Assembly: GCF_009914755.1 (NCBI RefSeq)
Contig: NC_060931.1
DNA length: 64,000 nt
Source: the human T2T-CHM13v2.0 reference genome, Homo sapiens
Reading direction: 5' to 3' (one strand)
The first letter of the stretch is position 1. Every line of letters starts with the position of its first letter. The notes beneath the pieces were generated by a model. It ran no database searches, was not told the DNA's origin, and worked only from the letters and a program-made list of their open reading frames with translations. Both the position numbers and the translations under genes were made by a program. Below are positions 49,431 through 64,000 of this stretch, in pieces.

Positions 49431-50098
49431 GTAAGAAAATTTCTGAAATCTTGAATTATAAAGCTGCCAAGTAAGGCTAAGTAGCTACTGGGCCTATGCA
49501 GTTGTTTTTATGTATTCCTTGGATTATACAATGTATTTATTGCCAGAATCTAAAGTTAGATGTAAAACATGAAGTCAGATGCGAAAAACCAAGTTTGAGA
49601 TTTTCGTGTGACGATTTTCCTACGACCAAAATGTATTAATATTCACTGGATTAACTTTCACATTTTGTTATTTGCCTTCCATCCATCTACACTGTGGCTG
49701 GTCCACACTATGACCTCCCCGCCACGGCGGTAGCCTCTTCATCTGCCTTCCAGTCTTGCTCCTTTATCATTTTTCTTCCTCACAGTAATCAGAGGGATCT
49801 TTTAAAAACAAATTAGATCCTATCCCTCCCCTGCTCACAACTGCCTCATGGCTCCCCTGTGCGCTTAGAATAAAGCCCACACACCCCATGGGGAGGGGCT
49901 GCTGAAGCCTCTGTAATCTGGCCCTGCTGTTTCCCCAGCAACAACCTCACCACACAGTCGCTTTGCTGCAGCTGAGCTGGTCTCTCCTGTCTCAAGAACA
50001 TGCCAACTTGCTCCCCACCTTAGGACATTTGCGTTTGCTGTTTCTCCAGCCTAGACCTCCCTTAGGTTGGCTTTTGGCATAGTAGCGCCTTAACTTTC

Positions 50099-50387
50099 TT
50101 TTTTTTTTTTGACAGAGTTTCGCTCTTGTTGCCCAGGCTAGAGTTCCATGGTGCAATCTCAGCTCACTCAGCTCCACCTCCCGTGTTCAAGCAATTCTCC
50201 TGCCTCAGCCTCCCAAGTAGCTGGGATTACAGGCATGTGCCATCACGCCCGGCTAATTTTTTGTATTTTTAGTAGAGAAGGGGTTTCTCCATGTTGGACA
50301 GGCTGGTCTCAAACTCCCGACCTCAGGTGATCCACCGCCTTGGCCTCCCAAAGTGCTGGGATTACAGGCGTGAGCCATCGCGCCCGG
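50099..50387 (-). mobile_element. Alu (Sp-type) within an L2 fragment (about 49690-50590)
   Basis: tttcgctcttgttgccc, tttctccatg, ctcccgacc; TSD agtagc(g/a)ccttaactttc. Confidence 0.9.
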
Positions 50388-51269
50388 CAAGTAGCACCTT
50401 AACTTTCAAGCCCTTTCAAATGTTACCTTTGCAGAGGCTTTCCCTAAACATCCTATTTTTAAAAGTCCTCACCAGTCCTATCCCCTATCACTTTGTCTTC
50501 AGGGCATGTATCACAGTCTGAAAATTACCCTGAGCACTTAGTTATTTGTTTAGTGTTTCCCTTCCCCACTAGAGTGTAAGATCCTTTTTTATCACCTTGA
50601 TGTCTGTATTGGCTGTGGCAATTGGCACAAAATCTCAGAAAAGTCAAAAATCTTGGCTAACTGTAGAGAAGCCTTTGGTAGTGCAAGCATTGATACAAAT
50701 CCAAAAACAGTGCACAGAGAGGGATAATTGTAACTTTAAGTGTTTATAATATCTGAGTGTTTGCAACACACATACACACACATAAAATAAATTAAATGAA
50801 ATAAAAATAGAGATATTTTCATGTAGGGGCGAATTTCTACATGTGATTTTTATAAACTAAGTTTCTATCTCACTTTAAAGGGAGATAGTTAAATTTAACA
50901 ACCAATATATCAAACAACTAATAATCTAGAGCCCTGTTCTTTGGTGAAGGCCAATAGCCATCATACTCTCTAACTTTTATACTCTTTCCCTCACCAGCTC
51001 TTCTCCATACTACATAGTGCCTACATGTACAAACAGGATTTCCCTTACTCTGGTAAGGGTTTGCAGTACTAAAGACATAGGAAGGATTCACATATTTTTT
51101 ATAAATATAGAGACACTGTGAATGTCTTTTAATGGCAACTTCCTTTTTAACCATGACACTCACTGCATTGTTAATTTGTGGTCAGATTGTTATCTGCATA
51201 ATCTCGATAGTTTGTTTTATGTATTGTGAAATGCTGCCCAATTGATATTTGTACCATTTAACTTTTATT

Positions 51270-51550
51270 CTTTTTCCTTTGAGACAAGGCCTCACTCTGT
51301 CACCCAGGCTGCAGTGCAGTGGTGTGTTCTTGGTTCACTGCAGCCTCGACCTCCCAGGCTCACCTGAGTCTCCCGAATAGGTGGGATCACAGGCACATGC
51401 CACCATGCCTGGCTAATTTTTGTATTTTTTGTAGAGATGGGGTTTCATCATGTTGCTTAGGCTGGACTCAAGCTCCTGGGCTCAAGCAATTTCACCCACC
51501 TCGGTCTCCCAAAGTTCTGGAATTACAGGCATAAGCCACCACATCTGGCC
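51270..51550 (-). mobile_element. Alu (J-type)
   Basis: TSD taacttttattctt. Confidence 0.88.
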
Positions 51551-52358
51551 TAACTTTTATTCTTAAATTGTTTATTATCTTCTATTCTTTTTATTGTACC
51601 AGTTCTCACATTTACTCAAAACTATATGCTGCAAAAATCCACTGTGCTAACTTTTTACAACAGACTTTGAAAACTAAGATGTTATTTCCTTTAACATTTT
51701 TTCTAAAAGACTAGCTTATTTTTCAGTGTTTTAAATTTTAACTTTAATTTACCTTCATGTCATTGTTCCCCCAAAAACACGTAGAAAAATAAGGAAACCT
51801 GATACCAAAATAAAATAGTTTAAAAAAAATCAAATCAGATAATTCCTAGAAAAGCTGCATATTACTAAATGCCTTCGGTTAGTACCCTGGGGAGAATAAG
51901 GCTGCCCTCTTATGCTCAGTTGGCTGGGAAAAACGAAGAGAGGAAACCAGCCACGCATTCCCCAGCCCTTCTGGGAACCAAGAACTAAGCTAAATTTCCA
52001 CCATAGTACAGCAAGGATGCTGTAACTACCGCATTTTACAGATAAAGAAGTTCAATAACTTTCTTAAAGTTGTATAGAAACTCAGCATTTGAACCTGGAT
52101 TCTTTGTGCTATCCTGAAGGGACGGAAAGGGTTCGTAACCATGGTGGTCCTAGGGTTTCAGAGATGGGAACAAAGGTGCCCTTGCTCCTCCCTTCAGAAG
52201 AGCAGTCCAAAGCAACCACCACAACTGTGGATAATGGCACTGGTATACTCAGAGTGACACTTAGAAACATGTTACAGCTCACACGTAGGTTTTTAGGGAA
52301 GAAAAGTGAACATGAATCTTGTAATTTGTTGTACTTCCTTCAGATAGAATTAATTTTA

Positions 52359-52668
<310 letters not shown>

Positions 52669-53009
52669 GGGAATTAATTTTTTCTTGAGCAAATAAGTGG
52701 AGCCCAGCACTCCCTCCAAATACATGGCCACAGTGGCAGTGTGAAAATGGTGAAGCAAAAGTCTGAAAGAGTTCAGGTCTTCCAGTAACATGCAGTAAGC
52801 ATAAAATATATACCCATATGTAAAACAGGCATAGGAAGAAAGTCGGCTTCACATAAGACACATTAATGTATTATTCATTTTAATTCTCTCCAAGAATTAT
52901 TTAGCAAATTGAATTGTGTCACACTTTGCTTTCTGAGGATTTCTTTTACTTTTACTACAAACTTTGTGGATTGACCAATCTGCCATGTCCTGCTTCCTCA
53001 AAATTTACT

Positions 53010-53237
53010 TTCCCTGTCTTCCTTCCTTTCTTTGTCTCTCCCTTTCTTTCTCTCTCCCTTTCTTTCTCTTTCTTTCTTGCTTGCTTTTCTTGTATTTTCT
53101 TCCTTTCTCTCTCTCTTTCCCTTTCTTTTCCTCCCTCCCTCCCTCTCTCTCTCCTTCCTTCCCTCTCTACTTCCTTCCTTCCTCCCTTCCCCTCCCTCCC
53201 TCCCTCCCCCTCTCTCTCTTTCTTTCTTTTCTTTCTT
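53010..53237. repeat. CT-rich polypyrimidine low-complexity tract
   Basis: Mosaic of (CTTT), (CCCT), (CCTT) and (CT) units; probably the expanded tail of the adjacent antisense Alu. Confidence 0.9.
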
Positions 53238-53506
53238 CACAGGGTCTTGCTCTGTCGCCTAGGCTGAAATACAGTGGCAGGATCTCAGCTCACTGCAGCC
53301 TTGACCTCCTGGGCTCAAGTGTTCCTCCCACCTCACCCTCCCCGGGAGCTGCGACCATAGGTGCCTGCCACCTATGCCTGCCTAATTTTTTTTTTTTTTT
53401 TTTTTTTTGCAAAGATGGGGTTTCACCATGTTGCCCAGGCTGGTCTCAAACTCCCGGCTTCAAGTGATCCACCCGCCTCGGCTTCCCAAAGACACTGTGT
53501 CCAGCC
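53238..53506 (-). mobile_element. Alu (J-type)
   Basis: acagggtcttgctctgtcgcctaggctg...cagccttgacctcctgggctcaag. Confidence 0.88.
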
Positions 53507-53539
53507 CCATGTCTTCATTCCTCTATCCCAACATCCATG

Positions 53540-54360
53540 CATTTAGTCACTCAACACACAGCTACTGAGCATTTCTTTGCAAACCACTGGGCTTTTATTT
53601 AGGGAAGATAGGACAAATATAGTCCTACTTTTAGGAATATGAAGCCCAATAGTTAAGATGAACACAGATCAACACATACAAATAATTATAGTGCACAGAA
53701 GGTAAACAAACTTCCATCTGAGCCTAGAGGGGAGTAGAATCACTTCTGGCTGGGGGTTCAGAGGAGACCTTTGGAGAATTAAGAGGTGATCTGAGTATTG
53801 ATCAAGTAGAATTTCAGTAGTCAAGGCTTTAAAAGGGCATTCTCTATAATGAGGCAATGGGCATAGCCTGAGCAAAAACATGGAGACAGAAACTATGGCA
53901 ATGTTTTCATGGAACTGTAAGCCAATTGACAAAGAATAGAGTATATAAAGCTATGGTATTTGATAAGCATGTAAAGGTAAAAAGCTGGCACTTAAATCAC
54001 AAGGAAAGAAATGTTTAAGTTTGGTAGTTACTAAGGAGTCACTGAAGATTTTTAAATAGGGAACATGTTGGGAATTGGATATTGGAATTACTCATCTAGC
54101 AGCAATGTAAATGACGGTAGAGAGTGACAAAGACACAGGCAGCTTGAGAGATCAGTTCAGAGCTATTTCCAGGGATAGGTTTTGAAGGCCTACAATAACA
54201 ATTACAAAGTGAACTAAAACAAGAAAATTGATTTAAAAGATATTTTAAAAGTGGAATCAACAGGACTTGGCTCAAGATTGTTTCTGGAAAGTGAGCAAGG
54301 AAATGTACAATGCACTGAGCAGCCTCATGGAATAAAACACGGAGCAGTGATGAGAGTCCA
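53540..54360 (-). mobile_element. L2 fragment
   Basis: cattt..tcactcaac...tactgagcattt..., ggagtcactgaagatttttaaataggg, gtggaatcaacaggacttgg. Confidence 0.65.
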
Positions 54361-54371
54361 AAGGCTTCCCC

Positions 54372-54373
<2 letters not shown>

Positions 54374-54408
<35 letters not shown>
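54374..54408. repeat. (CA)n microsatellite
   Basis: About 17 CA units. Confidence 0.97.
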
Positions 54409-54418
<10 letters not shown>

Positions 54419-55260
54419 AGCCACACACAAATTGTGTATGTTTGATGAAAATTCATTTGGTGGCAAAATGATGTGAGGATATAATATAGTCCTTTATTTA
54501 TATTTATCCCACTTAGAATAAATAATCAAATACATCTGCACAAAATTCATGTATTTGATTACCATTGCTTCCCCAGATCCTTCTGGGGGTGTTAAATAAT
54601 ATATTATCTATTAAATATAGATAACATATCGTATATGTATAATACGTAGACTTTTTTCTTCTAAGGTTGAAAAAAAATCAGAATTCTTAAATACAGATAA
54701 CTCCAACGGTTTCGGTAAGGGAGTGTGGATCTGTGTAACGGCTCAAACCAGAAGGGTGCAGAGCAAGGAGTCAATTAGAACATGCTGAGTGTAATGTAAT
54801 GCATCTACCACTTATCTCATAGAAATATCCCACAGGCATTTGGAAATACAGGCCTGGGGCATAGGACAGAAGTGGAAGCAACACCGCCTTGACCTCAAGG
54901 ATCCTCTGAGACACACACCAGGTGTGGTTCTCTACTAATCTTCACAGTATCACCCAGTGGCAGCTCTCAGTCGAGCCACATCCTTAAGTAGGACTTTGAC
55001 CACTGTAACCACCCTGAAAATCCAACCCAGTGCCTGCAGGGATTCTCCAGAATGCAGTTGCTTTAGGATTAGACTCTGGTGTTCCCTCTGGGACACAACT
55101 GACTTTTAGCTCCGGTTCATATTAAGGAGCCATTACCCCTTGAGTTTCTCATAAAAGAGGTGATTTCGGGGCACTCACCATCCCAGTGATTGCCAGAAAA
55201 TGGATTCAAATTTTCGGCTAAAGAGAAACTCTGTGGTTCTTTGTTAAAAAACAAATAAAA

Positions 55261-55480
55261 CCATCCTGGCTAACATGGTGAAACCCCGTCTCTACTGAAA
55301 ATACAAAAAATTAGCCAGGCGTGGTGGCGGGCGCCTGTAGTTGCAGCTACTGGGAGGCTGAGGCAGGAGAATGGCGTGAACCCGGGAAGCGGAGCTTGCA
55401 GTGAGCCGAGATCGCGTCACTGCACTCCAGCCTGGGCTACAGAGCGAGACTCCGTAAAAAAATAAATAAATAAATAAAAT
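55261..55480 (+). mobile_element. AluY, 5'-truncated
   Basis: ccatcctggctaac, gaatggcgtgaacc, gagcttgcag; (TAAA)n tail. Confidence 0.9.
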
Positions 55481-56554
55481 TTAAAAAAATTAAAAAACCT
55501 TCATCCAATATGTTCTTTAAACTTACACTCTCCTACAATCCAGGGAAGGCCAAAGACTGCAAAGTGATTCCTAGTTTTGTATGTTCTTCAGCTGCCCTAG
55601 AAGAATTCATGTACAATTTAAGCTAGGCTGGCAGAAAGGGCTACGAGCTCATTATCATTCCCACCTCCCTTCCCAATTTTTAGTTTAAGATTGAATCCCC
55701 TCATTTAAATATGAACTTTGCAGTGTTTGGAAATGAACGGCAGACACAGTTTTATCTATGGTTCCAAATTTAACAAAATGCATTTTAGGAGGAAGGGGCC
55801 CAAGGCCTGCTAGTAGTCCCAGATAAATGACAGAGAAAACAGCGAAAGTCTGTATTCTTTGTAGAGCATTCACGTCAGAGAAGATATTTTTACTAGGCTT
55901 TAGTAATTCAGACACCCGTCCTTTGCTACAAAGCATGCACCTATGCATGTTAAATTGAAAAGTAAGCTTTGAGATGACGTAGACACATTTTGTTATAAGG
56001 TTATACCACAGGTTCGTGACACCAACTCTGTCCAAAATGCACTTCCTGAAGGCAGTCAGATGTGGAGAGAAAGGCAATTCCCTCAAGCTTCTCTAGATTA
56101 CCAACACAAAATGAACAGCTAGGAATCACAAGCTACATGTGAAATGCTGCTACAGGATTAATCTTTCTGGCTATACCCTTGGACCAGCTTTCTCAATGGA
56201 ACTGATCCATCTACACATTCTTGTCTAGGTACCAAGGGCTTATGTTTCTTACAAAAGTGCCAAGGGCCACTAGAAAGCAATGTGAAGCCTTGAAAGGAAG
56301 CAAAGTCAATGGGACAATCTAAAAAGCAGGCAAGAACCTGCTTACCCCAACTGTACTGACCAATTGTGATTCAGAGGACCATGATGGCTTCAAGATTTGT
56401 GTGAAATTTTCTTTACCCTTCCATGAAGGGAAACACTGGAGAAATTGGGTTATTAGTAAGTAGGGGAACTAAGAAAACACTGTGAAGTGCTAAATGTCAC
56501 CATTACTACTTAGTGGCCTGAAAAGGTGAATAGACTGTTTCAAGACGCCAACCT

Positions 56555-56847
56555 GGCCAGGCGCGGTAGCTCACGCCTGCAATCCCAACACTTTGGGAGG
56601 CTGAGGAGGGTGGATCACGAGGTCAGGAATTCATGACCAGCCTGGCCAACGTGGTGAAACCTCATCTCTACTAAAAATACAAAAATTAGCCAGGCATGGT
56701 GGTGGGCACCTGTAATCCCAGCTACTTGGGAGGCTGAGGCAGAGAATCGCTTGAAGCCGGGAGGCGGAGGTTGCAGTGAGCCAAGATTGCGCCACTGCAC
56801 TCTAGACTGGGTAACAGAGCGAGACACGGTCTCAAAAAAACAAAAAA
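56555..56847 (+). mobile_element. Alu (Sg/Sc-type)
   Basis: Two-arm Alu; TSD caacct. Confidence 0.9.
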
Positions 56848-57347
56848 GTCAACCTAACTTATTTCCAGGAAGATGCATGTACCACTGAGACTCCTATCCC
56901 AGCATCTGTAAGGATGTGCCCACAGAGGCTCAGCAAGAGCCAAAGTGAAGAAACTTCATAATTTCCTTGTTGTTTTTACTACTGCGAATCATTTTAACCT
57001 GAAAATAGTAGGTAGTATAACTTAATGGAAAAGGATTTGTGTTTACTGTGAACTTGTTTCTTGCCAGTAATTTTTTTCTTATGCTTTAATTTGAAAAATT
57101 TCTTTGTGGAAGCATAATGGCAGAGGTCTGCTGTCTGATCAGATTGGATATGTAAATGAGATGGTAGTGTTTACTGCGGCTTTAGCATTTATTTGCAACA
57201 AAGCCCAAGAATAGATTTCAACATTTGTTGGGACACAAATTTTCAAGAGTAGCAAAATTTGAAATATTTAGATGGTTCTCGCCCACAGTTGCCATGCTAA
57301 TTTAAATAACCAAGACTTGCTTTCTTAATTGCATGCTCCTGTGATAG

Positions 57348-57566
<219 letters not shown>

Positions 57567-58675
57567 TAAGTTTGGAAAAACAAAGGCCTGGAAAGAATTG
57601 TAGTTCTAAGGTCACCAGTTCCAATTAAGGCTTTGGACCTTTACAAAAAGGTCAGTAGGTGGTGGGGAGGTGGGAGACAGTTGAGACAGAGGGAATCTCA
57701 TGTTCCAGAAAGGTTTTCTCACTCAAATTTGTCTCATTATCAAAAGTGGACCAATTTTCAAAATGTTTTTTCATTCAAGGAAAGAGCCCAAGAAAAATAA
57801 CTTTTCAATTTTATTATTATTCCAGTGATGCCAAACAAACTAATAAGGTAATTAGTATGGGTAAAAGAGTAATCTACACTGCAGGGTCAGAGCCTGAGAG
57901 TTATTCTACCTTCTACAGACTCAGCCTAGTTTGAGCGGGAAACAAGGAGGCAAAGTGACACATGAGAAAATACTTGCACAGCAAGCTTCTCCAGCTGTTT
58001 GATTTTGCTATGTCCTTATCCCTTAGGAGTTTCTTGCACATGTAGGCACTTATTTAGTAAATGAACATTGGTTAAATGAATGGTTATCATTAATATTTGT
58101 AGAGTATGCATTACATGCTATTATCTCAGTCTTCACAACAACATGACGAATGAGCTTCTTGTATTAGCATGCCCATTTTACAGATTGGCACACTAAGGCT
58201 TAGATTAAGTAACTTCTCTAAATTCTAATGGAGGGTATCTGACCTAAGAGCCCAGGCAGTTAATCCACCCATGATTGCTGCTTGAAGATGATTATTATTC
58301 TTGATTCTCAAAGCAACAATGTGTTATGAAAAATAAACAACAACTAACTTTTGGGATCAGACATATCTGGGCTGTAATCCTTACTTCATCAGTTACTAGC
58401 AGTATGACCTTGGTCTAACCTCAGTTCAGTTATCAGAAAAATAAAAATACTGTCATTTTATGAGGTTATTGAAAGAATTTAAATGAGATATCCATCTTGG
58501 GAACATTTTATGTATTCAACAAATATGGGTTTTCACCTTCCACTCCCACTTTCTCTATATAGCGTCATAACCTCACTGTTGGCTGAAATGCTATGTTAAC
58601 AGGACAGTTCTACAGCTAAATCCTACCAAAAACAAAACAAAATCTATGAGAGAAAATTAGATAAATAAATTAGAC

Positions 58676-58849
58676 AATTCTACTTAGGTATACTACTTAG
58701 AAATACTACTTCCTGACTTTGAGTTTAGAACTACTCAAAGAAATGATAGTAGAAATTTGAATAGTATTAGAACTACTCAAAGAAATTGTAGTAGAAATAC
58801 TACTATAATTCTACTTAGAAATACTACTTCCTGACTGTGAGTTTAGAAC
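58676..58849. repeat. Local complex direct/inverted duplication
   Basis: 39-bp repeat at 58693-58731 / 58811-58849 and 20-bp repeat at 58725-58744 / 58767-58786. Confidence 0.85.
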
Positions 58850-58937
58850 CACTAACATATAAACAACTATTTCATTTTTATTCATTCTCACAAATGCTTT
58901 TCCACTGAAAGTCTTACATAATTTATCTGTAGCTAAT

Positions 58938-59236
<299 letters not shown>

Positions 59237-59414
59237 GTAGTTAATATTTCTAGATTTCTATTGAGTAAGGTGATTATTTTACAAGTAGGGCAGTTCCTTT
59301 GGGGACAAGCAAATAAAGCAAAGAAGGTTATTAGACTACCTTAATTGATTTGACTTAGGTAAGTTTACTAACATCTAACTCAAACTGGTGATCACAGGTC
59401 TTTCTCTCTTCCAG

Positions 59415-59612
59415 GTGGTTCAGCATGCCCTTGATAAAGCCAGGACGGGAAGGACATGCCTAGTGGTCACTCACAGGCTCTCTGCAATTCAGAACGCAGA
59501 TTTGATAGTGGTTCTGCACAATGGAAAGATAAAGGAACAAGGAACTCATCAAGAGCTCCTGAGAAATCGAGACATATATTTTAAGTTAGTGAATGCACAG
59601 TCAGTGCAGTGA
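59415..59612 (+). CDS. ABCB5: ABCB5 last coding exon (probably exon 28), [10 protein letters not shown]...NAQSVQ*
   Basis: Acceptor ctcttccag|GTG; H-loop THRLS; TGA at 59610-59612. Confidence 0.98.
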   Translation: MVQHALDKARTGRTCLVVTHRLSAIQNADLIVVLHNGKIKEQGTHQELLRNRDIYFKLVNAQSVQ

Positions 59613-60326
59613 TGCTGTTGAGGTAGCACATATTTTGATGTTCGTGTAATGCAAAGAAGGAGTACTTAATAATTACTTGGCAAGCTTTGATCTCTTTTAT
59701 TGCATATATCAATACCTAGAATCATGCTACTCAAGTACATACATGTTCTATTCACACACCATCTGACCTTCAGATTTTTAAAAGGAAGCAAAAATTTGCT
59801 TATTTCATGTAAGTGAAATAATGCTTATATCCTTCACTTTATAAAACTATTCTAGCACATTTGCTTGTAAAGCAGTTTTCTACAAGGTGAATTTATTTCC
59901 CATCAACTTCTGCTATAAAATCGGAAATATGTTTCCAGGGGGAATATTATCCAATTAACCATGTTGAAGGTTTTAGCAAAGGCAGTGTAAGATAGAGTGG
60001 GGCCTGTAGCATTGCAGGGAGAGTGTCTTTCACTTGGAATTTTGTTTTGCAGCACATATTACAGTAGTTTTGCTAGTCCCTTTTCTCCAGACCGTAGGGA
60101 TTTCTCTCAATAAGTATTCACTATTTCTCTAAATTTTATTCTATTTTTTTGTTGAGCAGGGAATAGAAAGGATTACGATGTAAAATTTCTGGGAGGATTA
60201 GGTAGCTATCTCCTACTTCACCAGTAAGTGAAGTGCCTCACATGAGCCATCCCAAAGATTCATTATTCCAAACCTTGGGTTTGGCAGTATAAGTCACAGG
60301 CCTACCTGTTTATGAAAACTTACTTA

Positions 60327-60674
<348 letters not shown>

Positions 60675-60971
60675 TTAAACGTCTTTCTCTATAATAAAAT
60701 AATTTCCTTAAATTTTATATATACTTTATCATATATAATGTGTGAATGATTTTAAAGTTCTGTGTAAATAACAATATTGGTAAAATGAGTTACATTTTCA
60801 ACTTACTTAAATATGTAATGTCACCTGGTGATTTTATCTTTATTCTTCAGTGTATTTTCTTCCATTTACACATTTAGCTAGCCTCCCTAAAGTGTACTCT
60901 ACCAATAATTGAAATCTTGTTAAACAAAATTAAAACCATTTATATATTATGCTGCTTTCTTTAAAATGCAA

Positions 60972-60977
60972 AATAAA
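60972..60977 (+). terminator. Candidate polyadenylation signal AATAAA
   Basis: Canonical hexamer in unique sequence after a U-rich stretch; use as a signal is not proven. Confidence 0.4.
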
Positions 60978-61490
60978 AATAAGATTGGGGACTTGAGAAT
61001 CAGATGCATTGCTTAGACACATTGGTGCTGACTGCCATGTGGTTATTTTGCTATTCATGGATATAGAGCTCTTGGTAGCTTCTCTTCCCGGGGTAGGGTA
61101 GACAAGAAGAAAATAAAAATATAGTATGGACATGCTCAGAACCTCAGAGCAGGAGCACCACAGGCTCCAATTCTGTAATCCCTCCTAGAGGGGCAAATAT
61201 GGTACCTGAAATGCCTGCTTACCCTTTGAACCTATCAACATCTGTCCCATACCTATAGATAGCAGTAAAACACATTCCTTTCTAATGTATAACCCTGCTA
61301 GTTTTTATTTCCATTTTATTTTTAATGAGTTTAAAGAACGCTTCACAGGCAGAATTCTCATCAATAAAGCCACTGCCTGCACTGGACCAAGCAATCATGC
61401 TGAGAATTGGGGTCCCAAAGAGTTTTTAAGGATTTGTAAGGTTATCAGCTGATGAAGGCAGAAAGTAGGTAGAGATCAACTACTTTTTAG

Positions 61491-61817
<327 letters not shown>

Positions 61818-61925
61818 GACAATTTAAAGGTTTAAAATTGCTGTACTGTTCTTAAAGTTGTGTTTAAAATATATCATTTTCATTAAAACAATAGTTATCA
61901 GTTTTATAGGCATGACTTTTTATGA

Positions 61926-62590
<665 letters not shown>

Positions 62591-62642
62591 CTACACTTTT
62601 CTTAAAGCAAGGTATTCTGTAGCCAAAAAAGAAGCTGAATTA

Positions 62643-62920
62643 GGCCAGGTGTGGTGGCTCACTCCTGTAATCCCATCACTTTGGGAAGCCGAGGCAGGCG
62701 GATCACTTGAGGCCACGAGTTTGATTTCAGACTGGCCAACATGGTGAAATCCTGTCTCTACTAAACATACAAAAATTAGTGGGGTGTGGTGATGCATGCC
62801 TGTAGTCCCAGCTACTCAGGAGGCTGAGGCAGGAGAATCATTTGAACCTGGGAATCGGAGGTTGCAGTGAGCAGAGATGGTGCAATACACTCCAGCCTGG
62901 ATGACAGAGGGAGATTCTAT
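62643..62920 (+). mobile_element. Alu (S-type) with an atypical tail
   Basis: Flanked by ccaaaaaagaagct on both sides. Confidence 0.88.
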
Positions 62921-63022
62921 CACCCCTACTTCCCACTTCCGTTCCCAGCCCAAAAAAGAAGCTACATTAGGAATTGATATTTTTATCTAAAATAAATAAA
63001 CAAAATGGTACTTCAGCAGATG

Positions 63023-63237
63023 TATTTATTTATTTTTATAATTTTAACTTTCATTTTAGATTCGCATGTGGAGTTCCTTCTACATAGGTATATTGCATGA
63101 TGCTGAGGTTTGGGATACAATTGATCCCATCACCCAGGTAGTGAGCACAGCACTCAATAGATAGTTTTTCAACCTTTGGCCCCCTCGCTCCCCACTCTAG
63201 TAGTCCCTGGTGTCTATCGTTGCCATCTTTATGCCCA
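63023..63237 (-). mobile_element. L1PA (older) 3'-end fragment
   Basis: attgcatgatgctgaggtttgg...cccatcacccaggtagtgagca; TSD tacttcagcagat. Confidence 0.8.
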
Positions 63238-64000
63238 TACTTCAGCAGATTTAAATGTAAGTTTTACATGTTAAATCACTCATTAAATATTTTATAAATT
63301 ATTAAATAATACCATGCTTAGGTGTACAGCTTACAACTTGGTATTTACTAAAGGGCTTTAAGCAATGAATGCCAGATTATTCAGGGCACCAAATCAGTGA
63401 ATTTAAGACATGTTGTCTTCTTATAGTGCCTTGGATATAGTAGATACTCAATAAATACTAGGTGATTCAGTTTGAAAAGTCAAAAATCATAGCAGGTATG
63501 CATTACTGATACTAAGATGAGCACACACTTACTGAAAAGATGACCTGGTGGGCTTCAGTTGTTTTGCCTCAACAATCATGTATTAGAATCTCTCCGTCAT
63601 GGGTATTATCAGTCATTGGTGACATACTCGATAGTTTACTTCTAGGCTAGACTCGTTTAAGTCCATAAAAACTTTTTCTTTCCATTCGGATGGCAATTTT
63701 AATTTTAGTTAAATAAATTTTTAATTTTATTTTAATTAATTTTAGCCTTTTATCATAGTTTATGTGTTGGTTTAATTTATTTAATTTTGAAATAATTTGG
63801 TATTTGAGCATACATCGCCTGATTTATTTTAGAACATTGTGAGTCTAATTTCCCACAAGGCTTTTGTCTAGATTAAGGCATATTCCCTAGTTTCAAGGAC
63901 TTCTGGTCTAAGGTAAACACTGATCTCTGCCAGTCATGACTCATAGCCTACTCCTTACTTGGATTGACCTCAATCCAAACTGTCTGAGCGTCCTTGCCCT

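Noticed and set aside
55685-56086. 133-aa minus-strand ORF in unique sequence
   Set aside because: It starts at TTG and has no recognisable domain or splice context; the length is plausible by chance.

Overview
This window is primate genomic DNA, very probably human: it carries about 43 Alu elements, including one with all the AluYg6 diagnostic positions. It contains the 3' half of ABCB5 (ABC transporter, P-glycoprotein/MDR family) on the + strand. Twelve GT-AG coding exons (144, 105, 78, 84, 204, 101, 141, 157, 198, 207, 147 and 198 nt) splice into one open frame of 587 aa plus stop. This covers TMD2 and a complete NBD2 (Walker [10 protein letters not shown]-loop, LSGGQ, Walker B ILLLDE, H-loop) and ends NAQSVQ* at 59612. 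These are probably exons 17-28 (about residues 671-1257 if the protein is 1257 aa as I recall it), followed by an Alu-containing 3'UTR. Introns are filled with Alu, L1, L2, MIR, MLT1 and MER elements, microsatellites and a 7SL retrocopy. Almost every ORF in the supplied track is an Alu or low-complexity artefact. I see no evidence of a new multi-gene system. The best leads are a duplicated upstream acceptor at exon 24, a sense L1 poly(A) tail just after exon 24, a young AluYg6, an Alu whose TSD overlaps a splice donor, template-switch-type micro-rearrangements, inverted Alu pairs and two possible coding variants. Repeat boundaries and subfamily calls are by eye and approximate.
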